DNA of 62,074 bases from Deltaproteobacteria bacterium (GCA_016874915.1 VGSW01000001.1:1-62074), one strand, 5' to 3'; shown: positions 20,901 to 29,787, counted from the stretch's first letter. Numbers and translations are program-made. The notes: generated by a model from the sequence alone, not told the origin.

Positions 20901-21953
20901 TTGGGCATAAAGCCGGGCCAGATTGACGATGGTTTCCTTATGACTGTCCCCCTGGCGCCAGGCCTCTTCATATTCTCTTAAAGACCGGGAAAAATCTTTG
21001 GTGAGAAGCAGTTCCAGGGCGTACCAGCGGCGCAGTTCCAACTCTGGTTTGGCTTGCATCAACGGGGCCAGCACCGCGGCGGCCTCCACGTGGCGGCCCT
21101 TTTGGGACCAGAGGCGGGCTAAAGTTAAAGCATATTCTTTTTTCCCCCGGTTCTGGGCATAGAGCCAGAGATAGTGGCCCAGGGCCTGGTCCGGGTCTTT
21201 GCCGGCCTCCGCGGCCCGGGCCGCCTCCTCCCTTAGGGAGGCGTCATCCGCGGCCTTTTCCAGGAGCCGCTGATATACCTGGCCTGCCGCCTGGTAATCG
21301 CGGCGCCAGTAGTGCAGCAAAGCCAGGCGGTGGACGGCCTCCTGGTTTTCCGGGTACTGGGCTATTTCTTCTTCCTGGAGCGCGATGGCTTCGGGATAGC
21401 GTTGCAACGCCGCCAGGAGGTCCACCAGGTAGCGGCGCACCAGGGGGTCCTGGTCCAAGAGATAGAGGCGCTGATAATAGGCCGCGGCCAGGGGGTGACA
21501 CTCGGGGTCCCGGGAGGCAATTTCGCCGGCGGCCTCCAGGATTTCCCGGGCGTCCGGATGGTCTTTAAGATATCCCGCCAGTAGGGCCAGGGCCTCTTGG
21601 CGGCGGTCCAGGCGGTCCAGGGCCTGGGCCTGGAACTTCAGGGCGCCGGTGGCCTCCGGGTCTTTCTCCCAAATGCGCCGACTCAATTCCAGGGCCGCCT
21701 GGCGGTCTCCGCATTTGAGATAAATCCAGGTCAGAAATATTCCATGGGGAGAGGTGGGCTCCCGCTGGTAAACTTTCCGGGCCAACTCCATGGCCCGGAA
21801 GTTATCGCCCCGGTATGCGGCTTCCTGGGCCTGGCGGAACAGAGTGGAGGTGGCCCTTATGAAGTCCGGGTCTTGGCGCCAGGCCGCCAGAAGGACCGCG
21901 GCCACAAAGCCCGGGAGGAGAAGCCAGAGTAACGCTCGCCTCATGTTATCCAT
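17982..21953 (-). CDS. TPR-repeat protein with C-terminal outer-membrane beta-barrel-like domain (BcsC/PgaA-like exporter)
   Basis: 1323 aa. Signal peptide, then about 900 aa of TPR-like helices. The C-terminal ~400 aa has alternating beta-strand pattern and ends ...VSCRWRF (aromatic OMP terminus). Overlaps the upstream GT2 gene by 8 nt. Confidence 0.7.
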   Translation of the reverse strand: MDNMRRALLWLLLPGFVAAVLLAAWRQDPDFIRATSTLFRQAQEAAYRGDNFRAMELARKVYQREPTSPHGIFLTWIYLKCGDRQAALELSRRIWEKDPEATGALKFQAQALDRLDRRQEALALLAGYLKDHPDAREILEAAGEIASRDPECHPLAAAYYQRLYLLDQDPLVRRYLVDLLAALQRYPEAIALQEEEIAQYPENQEAVHRLALLHYWRRDYQAAGQVYQRLLEKAADDASLREEAARAAEAGKDPDQALGHYLWLYAQNRGKKEYALTLARLWSQKGRHVEAAAVLAPLMQAKPELELRRWYALELLLTKDFSRSLREYEEAWRQGDSHKETIVNLARLYAQKGNFGRAAAFWDEAGHRLLLDRELRWEAALTYSYARRHREALDAVGPLRRQDPANPKLLLFSGQMHFYQKNWGEAARYFQEYLEKQPRDLEVRQQLAEALSFAPETREAALGQYQEALKLKDDLRLRLRRVHLLVEAQRWEEGVRELKNCPAAQEPPLLRVQAHLWLWLGDLEAALKFYDLFLKHVPQDQPGRLEKARILTYLGRVPEALDLLNRLRLDLPQDPGVRMAAVEAYLTARDFPRALTLSQKELEPLTDLNLEARALAARCYFHSPQPKHLSRAIDLLVQNLRQDRYHHPSLLILAALLPRLPRYEDLNRVMNGIPGIRVGGPEHAATLAYFDGKLGRQTGKLDYLLHVLKEYRRHKWPDNPAELLNLGWLAMELGERQEAAGYYRRALKLKPQDKNIARLLLQCQMAMKDWGPALASLTQAGQDPGACLEMARVYLIRGQYEGVKAVSALIPEGHPEQASGLLLRAQACRLEGSHDEALKTLDHLKGRVPKETLLMEQARTLEAMGDRKAVGLYKEIVRSVPESQAARVAQARQARALGNWAEAHRLFAAALKQAPQDIELLNELEHVRQQMRPQVASRGFPQPRGLRSPEEGARPWQFSRFDREPGWPARGLGLSNYLPAFLWQVLPVIQPESLHFRDSNKLYGGLIRMSGGFWVTKVLPASLALEYREYNQNTRDSRVRVRPGFTQLSDTMENRLRRGEVALGVGPLSVSDRLQVSGEIIGRRYWKRVDHTKVVIVNPMFPQAILKSTDKEDRNRVLGSVELKYRADRTEVALKYSRRDIFDQESSIYPRLYQGVLNLEKAQITSLNQADLGFGHQFRPGLDWRGNVGGAFFSDHNRRLTLYQGLAWQAWREPRMHLEFTPHVYLAAYHRQQQAYFSPRSYAALGLGVDFDRQIFRLPTLILQGTVQGVNQHGQWGPALQGLAALEWEWVHNFFTNVHVFYFQEFVDQYRLFTVGVSCRWRF

Positions 21954-23520
21954 AGACCAGCCTCGGATCCATGGCCGGGGTCCAGCGGGGTTTGCTAAAG
22001 GCCGCCAGCACCAGCTCGGATAATATCCAGATGGTCAGGGCCGAAAAGATGGCGTTGAAGGCCACCAGCCGGGGCATAGCCCACCCCAGCCCCAGGGACA
22101 GGAAGGGCATCGTCAGGTGCAGCCCTATCAAGGTCAGATGGGGGACCAGGTGCCACCATTTTTCCTTGAGGGCGAAGGGTTGAAGATTATTGACCCGGTA
22201 GCCGGGCTTCCGCCCCGGGGGACAAAACAGGGCCGTCAGGATGGCGGCGCCGTAAACCGGGAACAGGCTACCCAGGATTTTGAACTGTTTCAGGGCGCCC
22301 TTCCGGTAAAACAAAAAGCGGAACATTAAGAGGGTGGAAGCCAGGTAAGCCCCTCGGAGCAGCCAGTAGCCGGTTTCGTGGCCCAGCAAAAAGGAGTTGC
22401 CGCCCCAATATACCCACAGGGGAATGAGGTAAAAAATGGGAAAGACCAGGCCACTGGCCAGGTAGCTCACCATGATGATAAGGAAGTGAACCCGCTGCCT
22501 CCAGGCCAGGCCTTTTTTCCACAGGGGGTTGTCCCAGAAGAATAAGCGCATGGCGTCCAGGCACCATTGAAAGCGCTGCCGGCAAACTCCGGCCAGGGTG
22601 GCGGGTGCCAGCCCCCGGGACAGGGCATAGGGGAAATAAATCCCTTTCCATCCCCGGCTCACCAGTTCATAGGATGTGGTGAAATCCTCCACGATATTCC
22701 AGGTGGCAAAACCACCCAGGGCTTCCAAGGCCCGGCGGCGGTAAATAACCCCCGAGCCGCAGGAAATCACGGCATTGGCCTGGTCATTACTCAGCTGGAG
22801 AACTTCGTAAAAAATCTTGTCGCCGTTGTAAAATGGGTCACTGTGGGGCAAGAAGAATGACTGTTTGCTTTGGACATAAGCTACTTCCGGAATCTGGAAA
22901 AAACTCGTCAACCGGGTGAGGATATCCGGCGAGGGCACCTGGTCCGCATCCAGGACTAAGATCAGCTCTCCCTGGCTCCGATCCAGGCCGAAATTGAGGT
23001 TGCCGCTCTTGGCATGGTCCCGGGTAAGTCCCATCAGAGGACGGGAGAGAAAGTGAAACCCAAAAGATTGGGCCAGGTGGGCCACCTGGGATGAGCCCCC
23101 GTCATCCAGCACATAAACCGCATGAGCCGGATATCGGATGGCTTTGACCCCCCGAAGGGTGGCCAGGATCACTTCCCGGGGTTCCCCACAGCAAGGAATA
23201 AAGATGTCCACCGTGAAGGTTTGGGAGGATTTTCGACCCCGGGGCCGGTGATAGCGGAGGTGCCAGGTGTCCCAGGCCAGCAGGGCCATAAGGAGCAGGG
23301 CCAGGATTTCCGCGCTCCAAAACAGTAATCCCTGCCATTCCCCCTGGGCCAGCGTCAGCCGCCCCACCCAAAAGACATAGGCGGCCCCCAGGGATACGGT
23401 GAGCAGGGAAAAGGTCAAGGCCCAGAGACGGCGGGAACGGTCTTGGCCTTCCAGATACCGGCGGCCGGGCGCGCGCCGCGTCAGTTCCGCCCCAAAGAAA
23501 GAGAGGGGATTCCTGCACAT
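21946..23520 (-). CDS. processive family-2 glycosyltransferase, cellulose-synthase-like, no PilZ domain
   Basis: 524 aa. VLDDGG, HAKSGNLN, VLDADQVP, SCGSGVIYRR, VEDFTTS, QRFQW (QxxRW). TM helices on both sides. Confidence 0.85.
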   Translation of the reverse strand: MCRNPLSFFGAELTRRAPGRRYLEGQDRSRRLWALTFSLLTVSLGAAYVFWVGRLTLAQGEWQGLLFWSAEILALLLMALLAWDTWHLRYHRPRGRKSSQTFTVDIFIPCCGEPREVILATLRGVKAIRYPAHAVYVLDDGGSSQVAHLAQSFGFHFLSRPLMGLTRDHAKSGNLNFGLDRSQGELILVLDADQVPSPDILTRLTSFFQIPEVAYVQSKQSFFLPHSDPFYNGDKIFYEVLQLSNDQANAVISCGSGVIYRRRALEALGGFATWNIVEDFTTSYELVSRGWKGIYFPYALSRGLAPATLAGVCRQRFQWCLDAMRLFFWDNPLWKKGLAWRQRVHFLIIMVSYLASGLVFPIFYLIPLWVYWGGNSFLLGHETGYWLLRGAYLASTLLMFRFLFYRKGALKQFKILGSLFPVYGAAILTALFCPPGRKPGYRVNNLQPFALKEKWWHLVPHLTLIGLHLTMPFLSLGLGWAMPRLVAFNAIFSALTIWILSELVLAAFSKPRWTPAMDPRLVYG

Positions 23521-23604
23521 GAGCCAGGTTCCCCTCAGGTGAGACGTGTTAGTGAAACAGGAGGAAAGCTGCTGTTGCTGCTGGCAAATCCTTTGCTGTC
23601 CATA

Positions 23605-23630
23605 TTAACATTCCCTCCATGGAATGTTAA
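23605..23630. promoter_or_regulatory. perfect 10-bp inverted repeat TTAACATTCC-N6-GGAATGTTAA upstream of the GT2 gene
   Basis: Read directly. Overlaps a GGAGGG Shine-Dalgarno sequence (minus strand) of a 22-codon upstream ORF (23603..23535). Confidence 0.35.
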
Positions 23631-24044
23631 CAGCGCTTTGCACCCCCAGCGGCTGGGGTTAAGGCTGGGGCGAAACTTTGCTTGTCACTTGGCCGAAACG
23701 CGAAGAATTAAGTTATTTTAAATGGTTACCCTGCTGCTGCGCCTAATTTCAGGTAAACCAATCGATAAAGAGGCAATTTGAAACAGCTTCAAATTAGTTG
23801 AATAAAACTATATGATTTTTAAAATAAAAAAATCAAATAAAAATTTTTCTCCAACTCAATTTTTTAATTCTTTTTTTCAACAAGGAACAATTTGAGAAAC
23901 AGTACAAAATTATTATGGCTGAAATTTTATCAAGCTGAGCGCCCCGAAAAAGTCGGTCGCCCACTTTTGCTGAAATGAAGAGCAAAATACTATTACCTGA
24001 GTGGCATAGGCTTCCTGCCTGAGGGAAAGCGGTCTCAAAAGAGG

Positions 24045-25241
24045 TCAAATCACGAAATCTTCCTGGGGAACGGCCCGCTCTCGCAGTCCCAGGGCGGTTA
24101 CCTGGAAATTTTCGCCGTCCCCCAACTCCACCTGGTCTTTGCCGAAGAACCGCGCCGCGGCGATTCTTCCCAGGGAATCGGCTTTCATGATGCCGCTGCC
24201 GCTGTCGCCCCCTACCACGATGGCGCCCTCCAGACGGTCCACCAGGGGGGTCCGGTCGGCCAGGTGGTCGGCATAGTGGCCGGCCCAGGCATACTCGGGA
24301 GCGCGGCCTTGAAAAGCCGGGAAGTACGGTTCTATTTGCGGCCGAATCCGGTTCTCAAAAAAGTCTTCCTCGGCCACGGGTTGGTCTTCCAGACCCGGAG
24401 GTTGGTCCTCATTGGCAAATCCCAGGATGAAGGAGGCCGGAGCCGGCCGGAGATAAGCGCCCCCGGGGATGATGGTGAAAGGCAGGAGGTTGTAGTCGTT
24501 GAAGCCGGGGGTCTCCAGGAGGCGGCGCAAAGGACCTTCCCGGGCGGAAATGGCGAACAGCTGCCTTTTTCTCGGAACCACCGGCGCCTCCAGGCCGGCC
24601 CGGGCCAGGGTTTGGCCCAGCCAGGCTCCTGTGGCCACAATAACGGTGGGGGCCGGGATTTCATGGTCCCCCACCCTGACCCCCCGAATCCTGCCCGAGG
24701 GGTCCCGGAGGAACCCGGTGACTTCGCGGCCGTATTCGAATCTGCCGCCCCGGCTCTGAATTTCCCGTTCGTAATAGCCGCAAAGCTGGTTGGGGTTCAA
24801 TATCCCGCAATTCCGGCCCCAAATCCCGGCGGAGATGTCCCCCGGCCGGAGTTCGGGAAGGCGCCTTGTCAGCTCGGGGAGTTCCAGGATGGCAAACTTC
24901 ACCCCGGCTCGGGCCATGGCATTTAGGGGCTGCCGCTGCCTCTCCCTCTGGGCCGCGGTGAGCAGCCAGAGATAGCCCAGCCTCTTTAACCCAATGGGGA
25001 CCCCCTGCGCCTGCACCTCTTCATAAAAGGCGATACTGCCCCGGCTTAGATGGCGGTTCACCGGCGAGGAAAACATGTCCCGGTAGGCCGCGGCGCTTTT
25101 GGCGGTATTGGCCCTCCCCGGGCCTTTCAACCTTTCCAGAATCAGCAGGTTAAGGGCGCAGTTGCCTTGCAGAATATGATAAGCGGTGGCCAGGCCCAAG
25201 ATGCCAGCCCCGATAATGATGGCGTCAGGCCCCCCGGCCAT
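24045..25241 (-). CDS. FAD-dependent oxidoreductase (DAO family)
   Basis: 398 aa. N-terminal IIIGAGILGLATAY dinucleotide fold. Confidence 0.78.
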   Translation of the reverse strand: MAGGPDAIIIGAGILGLATAYHILQGNCALNLLILERLKGPGRANTAKSAAAYRDMFSSPVNRHLSRGSIAFYEEVQAQGVPIGLKRLGYLWLLTAAQRERQRQPLNAMARAGVKFAILELPELTRRLPELRPGDISAGIWGRNCGILNPNQLCGYYEREIQSRGGRFEYGREVTGFLRDPSGRIRGVRVGDHEIPAPTVIVATGAWLGQTLARAGLEAPVVPRKRQLFAISAREGPLRRLLETPGFNDYNLLPFTIIPGGAYLRPAPASFILGFANEDQPPGLEDQPVAEEDFFENRIRPQIEPYFPAFQGRAPEYAWAGHYADHLADRTPLVDRLEGAIVVGGDSGSGIMKADSLGRIAAARFFGKDQVELGDGENFQVTALGLRERAVPQEDFVI

Positions 25242-25306
25242 CTCCTCCCTCCTTCTATCCCCAGCCCCTAGAAGGGCGGTTCGCGAACCGCCCCCAGGGA
25301 ATTCCT

Positions 25307-25373
25307 GCTTCGAAAAGTTGTTGTTGGGGGAGGGCAGGGAGCATTTACAAAAAACTCCTTGGCCCTCCCCCCC
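25307..25373. repeat. palindromic element CTTCGAAAAGTTGTTGTTGGGGGAGGGCAGGGAGC
   Basis: Second copy in opposite orientation at 60015-60073. Adjacent GGGCGGTTCGCGAACCGCCC palindrome at 25274-25293. Confidence 0.82.
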
Positions 25374-25628
25374 AAATATCTTTTCATCCTTTACGGGTGA
25401 GCCAACGGCTCATGAACAACTGCTCTGAAAAGTTTTCGGTCTTCGGTCTTCGGTTTTCGGTTTGGAAAAAAGCGTAGGCTGGGAATGGCCCACCGAAAAC
25501 AGCTAAGGTAAAAGTAGAAACTACGATCGCCAGGTTCAAGCTAGGGCTTCAATTCAATACCAGGTTAACTGGTGTTAAAGGAAGCAAGGGGGCCGACTTC
25601 CGCGAAAAGTCAATTAAATTAGCCAGAT

Positions 25629-26567
25629 TTGCCCCTGTCCCCTGGCTCTGATTTTTTGTATAATCCCGCCGTGGACCTCGGCACTTTTCTCCAGCAGCTC
25701 ATCAACGCCCTATCCCTGGGGAGTCTCTATGCCCTCATCGCCATCGGCTATACCATGGTGTACGGCATCCTGCGCCTCATCAACTTCGCCCACGGCGATC
25801 TGCTCATGGTGGGGGCTTATGTGGGGGTCATGGGGGTGGGGATGTTCACCTGGCCGTGGCCTCTGGCCTTCGGCCTGGCGGTGGTGTTGACCGGCCTTCT
25901 GGGAGTGCTGTTGGAGCGGGGCGCCTACCGCCCGCTGCGCCAGGCCCCCCGCATCTCGCTGCTCATCTCCGCCATCGCCGCGTCTTTCTTGCTGGAAAAC
26001 CTGGCCCTGGTCATTTTCGGCGGGCGGCCCAATCCCTTTCCGGTCCCCCATTTTTTTCAAGGCGTTATTGCCTGGGGTGAACTCTTCATCCCTCGCCTCA
26101 GCCTCCTCATCCCCGGGGTAACCGCACTGTTTCTGGGCTTGCTTTTTTGGGTGGTGTACCGCACCCGGGCCGGGCGGGCCATGCGGGCCATCGCCTTTGA
26201 TATGGAAACCGTCAGCCTCATGGGCGTCAATATCAACCGCATCATCGCCCTGACTTTTCTATTAGGCTCGCTGTTGGCCGGGGCCGGGGGCCTGCTGTGG
26301 GCCATGAAATACCCCCAGGTCAACCCCTTCATGGGCATCCTTCCGGGGCTCAAGGCCTTCATTGCCGCGGTCCTGGGGGGCATCGGCAATCTAACCGGCG
26401 CAGTCCTGGGAGGGCTGCTCTTGGGCCTCCTGGAGATCATGATTCCGGCCTTATTTCCCGACTGGGCCGGCTACCGGGACGCCCTGGCCTTCGGCCTACT
26501 CATCATTCTTCTCCTGGTGCGGCCTACGGGGTTATTGGGAGAGGCGCTGGGCGAGGAAAAACTTTGA
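25629..26567 (+). CDS. livH: branched-chain amino acid ABC transporter permease
   Basis: FLQQLINALSLGSLYALIAIGYTMVYG. Multi-TM. Start uncertain: TTG at 25629 or GTG at 25671. Confidence 0.85.
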   Translation: MPLSPGSDFLYNPAVDLGTFLQQLINALSLGSLYALIAIGYTMVYGILRLINFAHGDLLMVGAYVGVMGVGMFTWPWPLAFGLAVVLTGLLGVLLERGAYRPLRQAPRISLLISAIAASFLLENLALVIFGGRPNPFPVPHFFQGVIAWGELFIPRLSLLIPGVTALFLGLLFWVVYRTRAGRAMRAIAFDMETVSLMGVNINRIIALTFLLGSLLAGAGGLLWAMKYPQVNPFMGILPGLKAFIAAVLGGIGNLTGAVLGGLLLGLLEIMIPALFPDWAGYRDALAFGLLIILLLVRPTGLLGEALGEEKL

Positions 26568-26638
26568 TCCACAGATTGCACAGATTTCATAGAAAAATAT
26601 TAACAAATAATCTGTGGCCATCTGTGTAATCTGTGGAT
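26567..26638. repeat. palindromic element, family ATCCACAGATT
   Basis: atccacagattgcacagatttca...aatctgtggccatctgtgtaatctgtggat. Begins at the last base of the livH stop codon. Confidence 0.88.
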
Positions 26639-26651
26639 TTAAAAAGGCGCC

Positions 26652-27692
26652 ATGAAACCTGCCCAAAAACTCTGGCTCAACCTGGCCGCCTTGGGAATGC
26701 TGGCCCTGGTTATCTGGGTGGCGGGCCGGTGGGCCAATGAGTACCAGGTGCGTTTGCTCAACAACATGGCCATCTTTATAACCCTGGCGGTGGGCTACAA
26801 CCTCATCAACGGGGTGTGCGGCCAGCTTCACCTGGGGCCCAACGCGTTCATCACCTTGGGGGCTTACACTGCGGCCCTCCTCACCCTGACGGCCGAAGAA
26901 AAGAGCCTGGTCTTCATTTTCACTCCCCTTTACTGGCCTTTAAGCGAAATCACTTTGCCCTTTCCCCTGGCGCTGCTGGCCGGCGGGGTAGTGGCCGCGG
27001 TTTTCGGGTTCCTCACCGGCTTCCCGGTCTTCCGGGTGCGGGGTGATTACCTGGCCATCATCACTTTGGGGTTCGGGGAGGTGGTCCGGGTCCTGGCCAA
27101 TAACCTCCAGGGCCTCACCAACGGCCCCTTGGGCCTCAAAGGATTGACGCCGTACACCAATTTGTGGTGGTCTTGGGGGGTAGCCGCGGCCGCGGTGGCC
27201 TTGGTGGTCTCCCTGGTGAACTCCAACTACGGCCGGGCCATGCAGGCCATCCGGGAAGATGAGACCGCGGCCCGGGCCATGGGCGTCGACTCCTTCCGTA
27301 TTCTGATGCTGGCTTATATCCTGAGCGCCTTTCTTTTCGGGGTGGGCGGCGGCTTGCTGGCCCATCTCATCACCACCATCTCGCCATCGCTTTTCACCTT
27401 TTTCCTCACCTTCAACCTACTCATCATCATCGTGGTGGGGGGGTTGGGGTCCACCACCGGGGCCGTTATTGCCGCCATCATCTTCACGGTGGCTGGCGAA
27501 TGGCTCCGGGTGGTGGAAGAGCCTATGACCCTTTGGGGCCTGAACCTTCCCGGCATCCCCGGCCTGCGCATGGTGATTTTTTCCCTACTCCTGCTCCTGG
27601 TGATTCTATTCTTCCGCCGGGGGTTGTTGGGACGCCGGGAGTTTTCCTGGGGAGCCTGGGGGCGGGCGGTGAGACATCTTTATAACCGCTGA
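26652..27692 (+). CDS. livM: branched-chain amino acid ABC transporter permease
   Basis: 346 aa multi-TM. GQLHLGPNAFITLGAYT, GDYLAIITLGFGE. Confidence 0.85.
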   Translation: MKPAQKLWLNLAALGMLALVIWVAGRWANEYQVRLLNNMAIFITLAVGYNLINGVCGQLHLGPNAFITLGAYTAALLTLTAEEKSLVFIFTPLYWPLSEITLPFPLALLAGGVVAAVFGFLTGFPVFRVRGDYLAIITLGFGEVVRVLANNLQGLTNGPLGLKGLTPYTNLWWSWGVAAAAVALVVSLVNSNYGRAMQAIREDETAARAMGVDSFRILMLAYILSAFLFGVGGGLLAHLITTISPSLFTFFLTFNLLIIIVVGGLGSTTGAVIAAIIFTVAGEWLRVVEEPMTLWGLNLPGIPGLRMVIFSLLLLLVILFFRRGLLGRREFSWGAWGRAVRHLYNR

Positions 27693-27741
27693 TGGAGACT
27701 ATGAGATAAATTGTGATTAGGGGTAAAAGCGATGATAGGAT

Positions 27742-27865
27742 TTAACCACAAAGACACCAAGACACCAAGCAATACAGAGAATGCATTTATTTGTGTCCTG
27801 GAGTTCCAGGACACAAATAATTATTCCTTGGTGAATCTTTGTGTCTTTGTGTCTTTGTGTTTAAA
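27742..27865. repeat. palindromic element, family TTAACCACCAAGACACCAAGACAC
   Basis: ttaaccacaaagacaccaagacaccaag ... cttggtgaatctttgtgtctttgtgtctttgtgtttaaa, with inner hairpin 27786-27820. Confidence 0.85.
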
Positions 27866-27886
27866 TATCTTTTGTTTCGGCCTGTA

Positions 27887-27981
27887 ATACCATTTTCTCT
27901 TTCAAGTGCAACAAACTTAATCTGTAACTTATTGATAATCCGTAATTATCTTTACCGAAAACCGAAGACCGAAAACCGTAT
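27887..27981 (-). mobile_element. MITE-like element ATACC...GGTAT, diverged copy
   Basis: ataccattttctctttcaagtgcaacaaac...ttattgataat...ccgaaaaccgaagaccgaaaaccgtat. In the livM-livG spacer. Confidence 0.7.
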
Positions 27982-27990
27982 AACTGGATC

Positions 27991-28749
27991 ATGGCATTTT
28001 TACAAACCCAAAGCCTGGGCATACGCTTCGGGGGCCTGCTGGCCCTGGAAGATTTTAATATCGCAGTGCCGAAAGGGGGCCTCTTCGGCCTCATCGGGCC
28101 CAACGGCGCGGGCAAGACCACGGTTTTCAACCTCATCAGCGGTTTTTTAAAGCCCACTGAAGGCCGCGTCTTATTCCAGGGGCAGGAAATCACCGGCTGG
28201 CCGCCTCACCGCATCACCTTCCTGGGCATCGCCCGCACCTTTCAGAACATCCGGCTCTTCGGGGAACTAAGCGTCCTGGACAACGTCCTGACGGGCGGCC
28301 ACTGCCGGGGCCGGGCCGCCTGGTGGGAGGCCGCGGCTCGCCTGCCCCGCTACCGCCGGGAGGAGAAGGAGCGTCTGGCCCAAGCCTGGATGTTGCTAGA
28401 GGATGTAGGGCTGGCGGATTTAGCCCAACAACCCGCCGGCAAACTCCCTTACGGCCACCAGCGCCGCCTGGAAATTGCCCGGGCTTTGGCCACCCGGCCC
28501 CGGTTCCTGCTCCTGGACGAACCTGCCGCGGGCCTCAATCCCCACGAGACGGTGGAATTGATGGACTTTATTAAAGGGGTTCAGGCCCGCCATCGCCTGA
28601 CCCTCCTGGTCATCGAGCACAACCTACGGCTGGTCATGGGCCTCTGTGAGCGCCTCACGGTGCTAAACCACGGCCTCACCATCGCCCAGGGCGCGCCCGG
28701 GGAGGTCCGGCGGGACCCCGCGGTGATCCAGGCTTATCTGGGCAAGTAA
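27991..28749 (+). CDS. livG: branched-chain amino acid ABC transporter ATP-binding protein
   Basis: GPNGAGKTT, LPYGHQRRLEIARAL, LLLDEPAAGL. Confidence 0.88.
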   Translation: MAFLQTQSLGIRFGGLLALEDFNIAVPKGGLFGLIGPNGAGKTTVFNLISGFLKPTEGRVLFQGQEITGWPPHRITFLGIARTFQNIRLFGELSVLDNVLTGGHCRGRAAWWEAAARLPRYRREEKERLAQAWMLLEDVGLADLAQQPAGKLPYGHQRRLEIARALATRPRFLLLDEPAAGLNPHETVELMDFIKGVQARHRLTLLVIEHNLRLVMGLCERLTVLNHGLTIAQGAPGEVRRDPAVIQAYLGK

Positions 28750-28906
28750 GCTATCAGCGGTCAGCTTGAAAAAATAGGACAAGGGTCTTTATACCGTCAC
28801 ATCTCTTTGAAAACGCAAGCTAATAATTGTGGTGACAGATTGCCGCTAAGCTTTAAGTATGTCTGAGTTTTAGCTGAAAGCTGAAAGCTGGCGGCTGAAA
28901 GCTGAT
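28749..28906. repeat. palindromic element with AGCTGAAAGCTGA-type arms
   Basis: agctatcagcggtcagct ... agctgaaagctgaaagctggcggctgaaagctgat. Fills the livG-livF spacer. Confidence 0.8.
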
Positions 28907-28910
28907 TGCC

Positions 28911-29612
28911 ATGTTAGAAATCCTCAACCTCAAAGTCAGCTACGGGGCCATCAAGGCCCTGGACGGGGTCAGCCTTCGGGTGGACCGGGGGGAGATCGCG
29001 GCCCTGCTGGGGGCCAACGGCTCCGGCAAGACCACCGCGCTCCGGGCCGTCACCGGCCAGGCCGCAATCCAGGAGGGCCGCATCCTGTTCGCCGGCCGGG
29101 AGATCCAGGGCCTGCCGCCCCACGAGATTATCCGCCGGGGCCTTGCGGTGGTTCCCGAAGGCCGCCGCATTTTCGCCAACCTCACGGTGGCCGAAAACCT
29201 GCTCATGGGGGCGTACTGGCGCCGGGAAAAAGACGCGGCCCGGGATATGAAGGAGATATTCAAAACCTTCCCCCGCCTGGCGGAACGCCGGGGGCAAAGG
29301 GCCGGCACTTTGAGCGGCGGCGAGCAGCAGATGCTGGCGTTGGGCCGGGCCTTGATGTCCCGCCCCCGCTTGCTCCTCCTGGATGAACCTTCTCTGGGAC
29401 TGGCGCCCCTGCTGGTCCGGGAAGTCTTTCACATCATCAAGAAGCTCCATGAGCGGGAAGTCACCATCCTCCTGGTGGAGCAAAACGCCGCGGCGGCTTT
29501 GGAGATCGCCCATTACGGCTACGTCTTGGAAACGGGCCGGATCGTTTTAGAGGGCAAGGGAAATGACTTGCTGGAACATCCGAGGCTGAAGGACGCCTAC
29601 TTGGGAGAATAA
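28911..29612 (+). CDS. livF: branched-chain amino acid ABC transporter ATP-binding protein
   Basis: GANGSGKTT, LSGGEQQMLALGRAL, LLLDEPSLGL. Confidence 0.88.
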   Translation: MLEILNLKVSYGAIKALDGVSLRVDRGEIAALLGANGSGKTTALRAVTGQAAIQEGRILFAGREIQGLPPHEIIRRGLAVVPEGRRIFANLTVAENLLMGAYWRREKDAARDMKEIFKTFPRLAERRGQRAGTLSGGEQQMLALGRALMSRPRLLLLDEPSLGLAPLLVREVFHIIKKLHEREVTILLVEQNAAAALEIAHYGYVLETGRIVLEGKGNDLLEHPRLKDAYLGE

Positions 29613-29706
29613 GGGGGTTAAAAAGGGGAAAAAGTAAAGAGGTTAAAAGGTTAAAAGGTTAAGAGGGGGAAGAAAATTATTTTTCCTTTTCCCCTTTTAG
29701 CCTTTC
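29613..29706. repeat. palindromic element, family GGTTAAAAGGGGAAAAGG
   Basis: Immediately after the livF stop. Confidence 0.8.
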
Positions 29707-29787
29707 GCCCCAAGGTTTTCCTCCTTGCCAACACTCGATGCCTGATTTATATTTCCCCAGATATTAACCTCGCGTGAGCCATAAATC

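Noticed and set aside
23521-23700. c-di-GMP (GEMM-type) riboswitch upstream of the GT2 gene
   Set aside because: Only a loose GGGTGCAAAGCGC resemblance was found. The paired GCAAA/tetraloop-receptor architecture could not be built by eye. A covariance-model scan would be needed.
25657-25664. TGTATAAT as the livH promoter -10
   Set aside because: No acceptable -35 lies at 16-18 nt. It sits only 7 nt before the likely GTG start, which would leave no leader.
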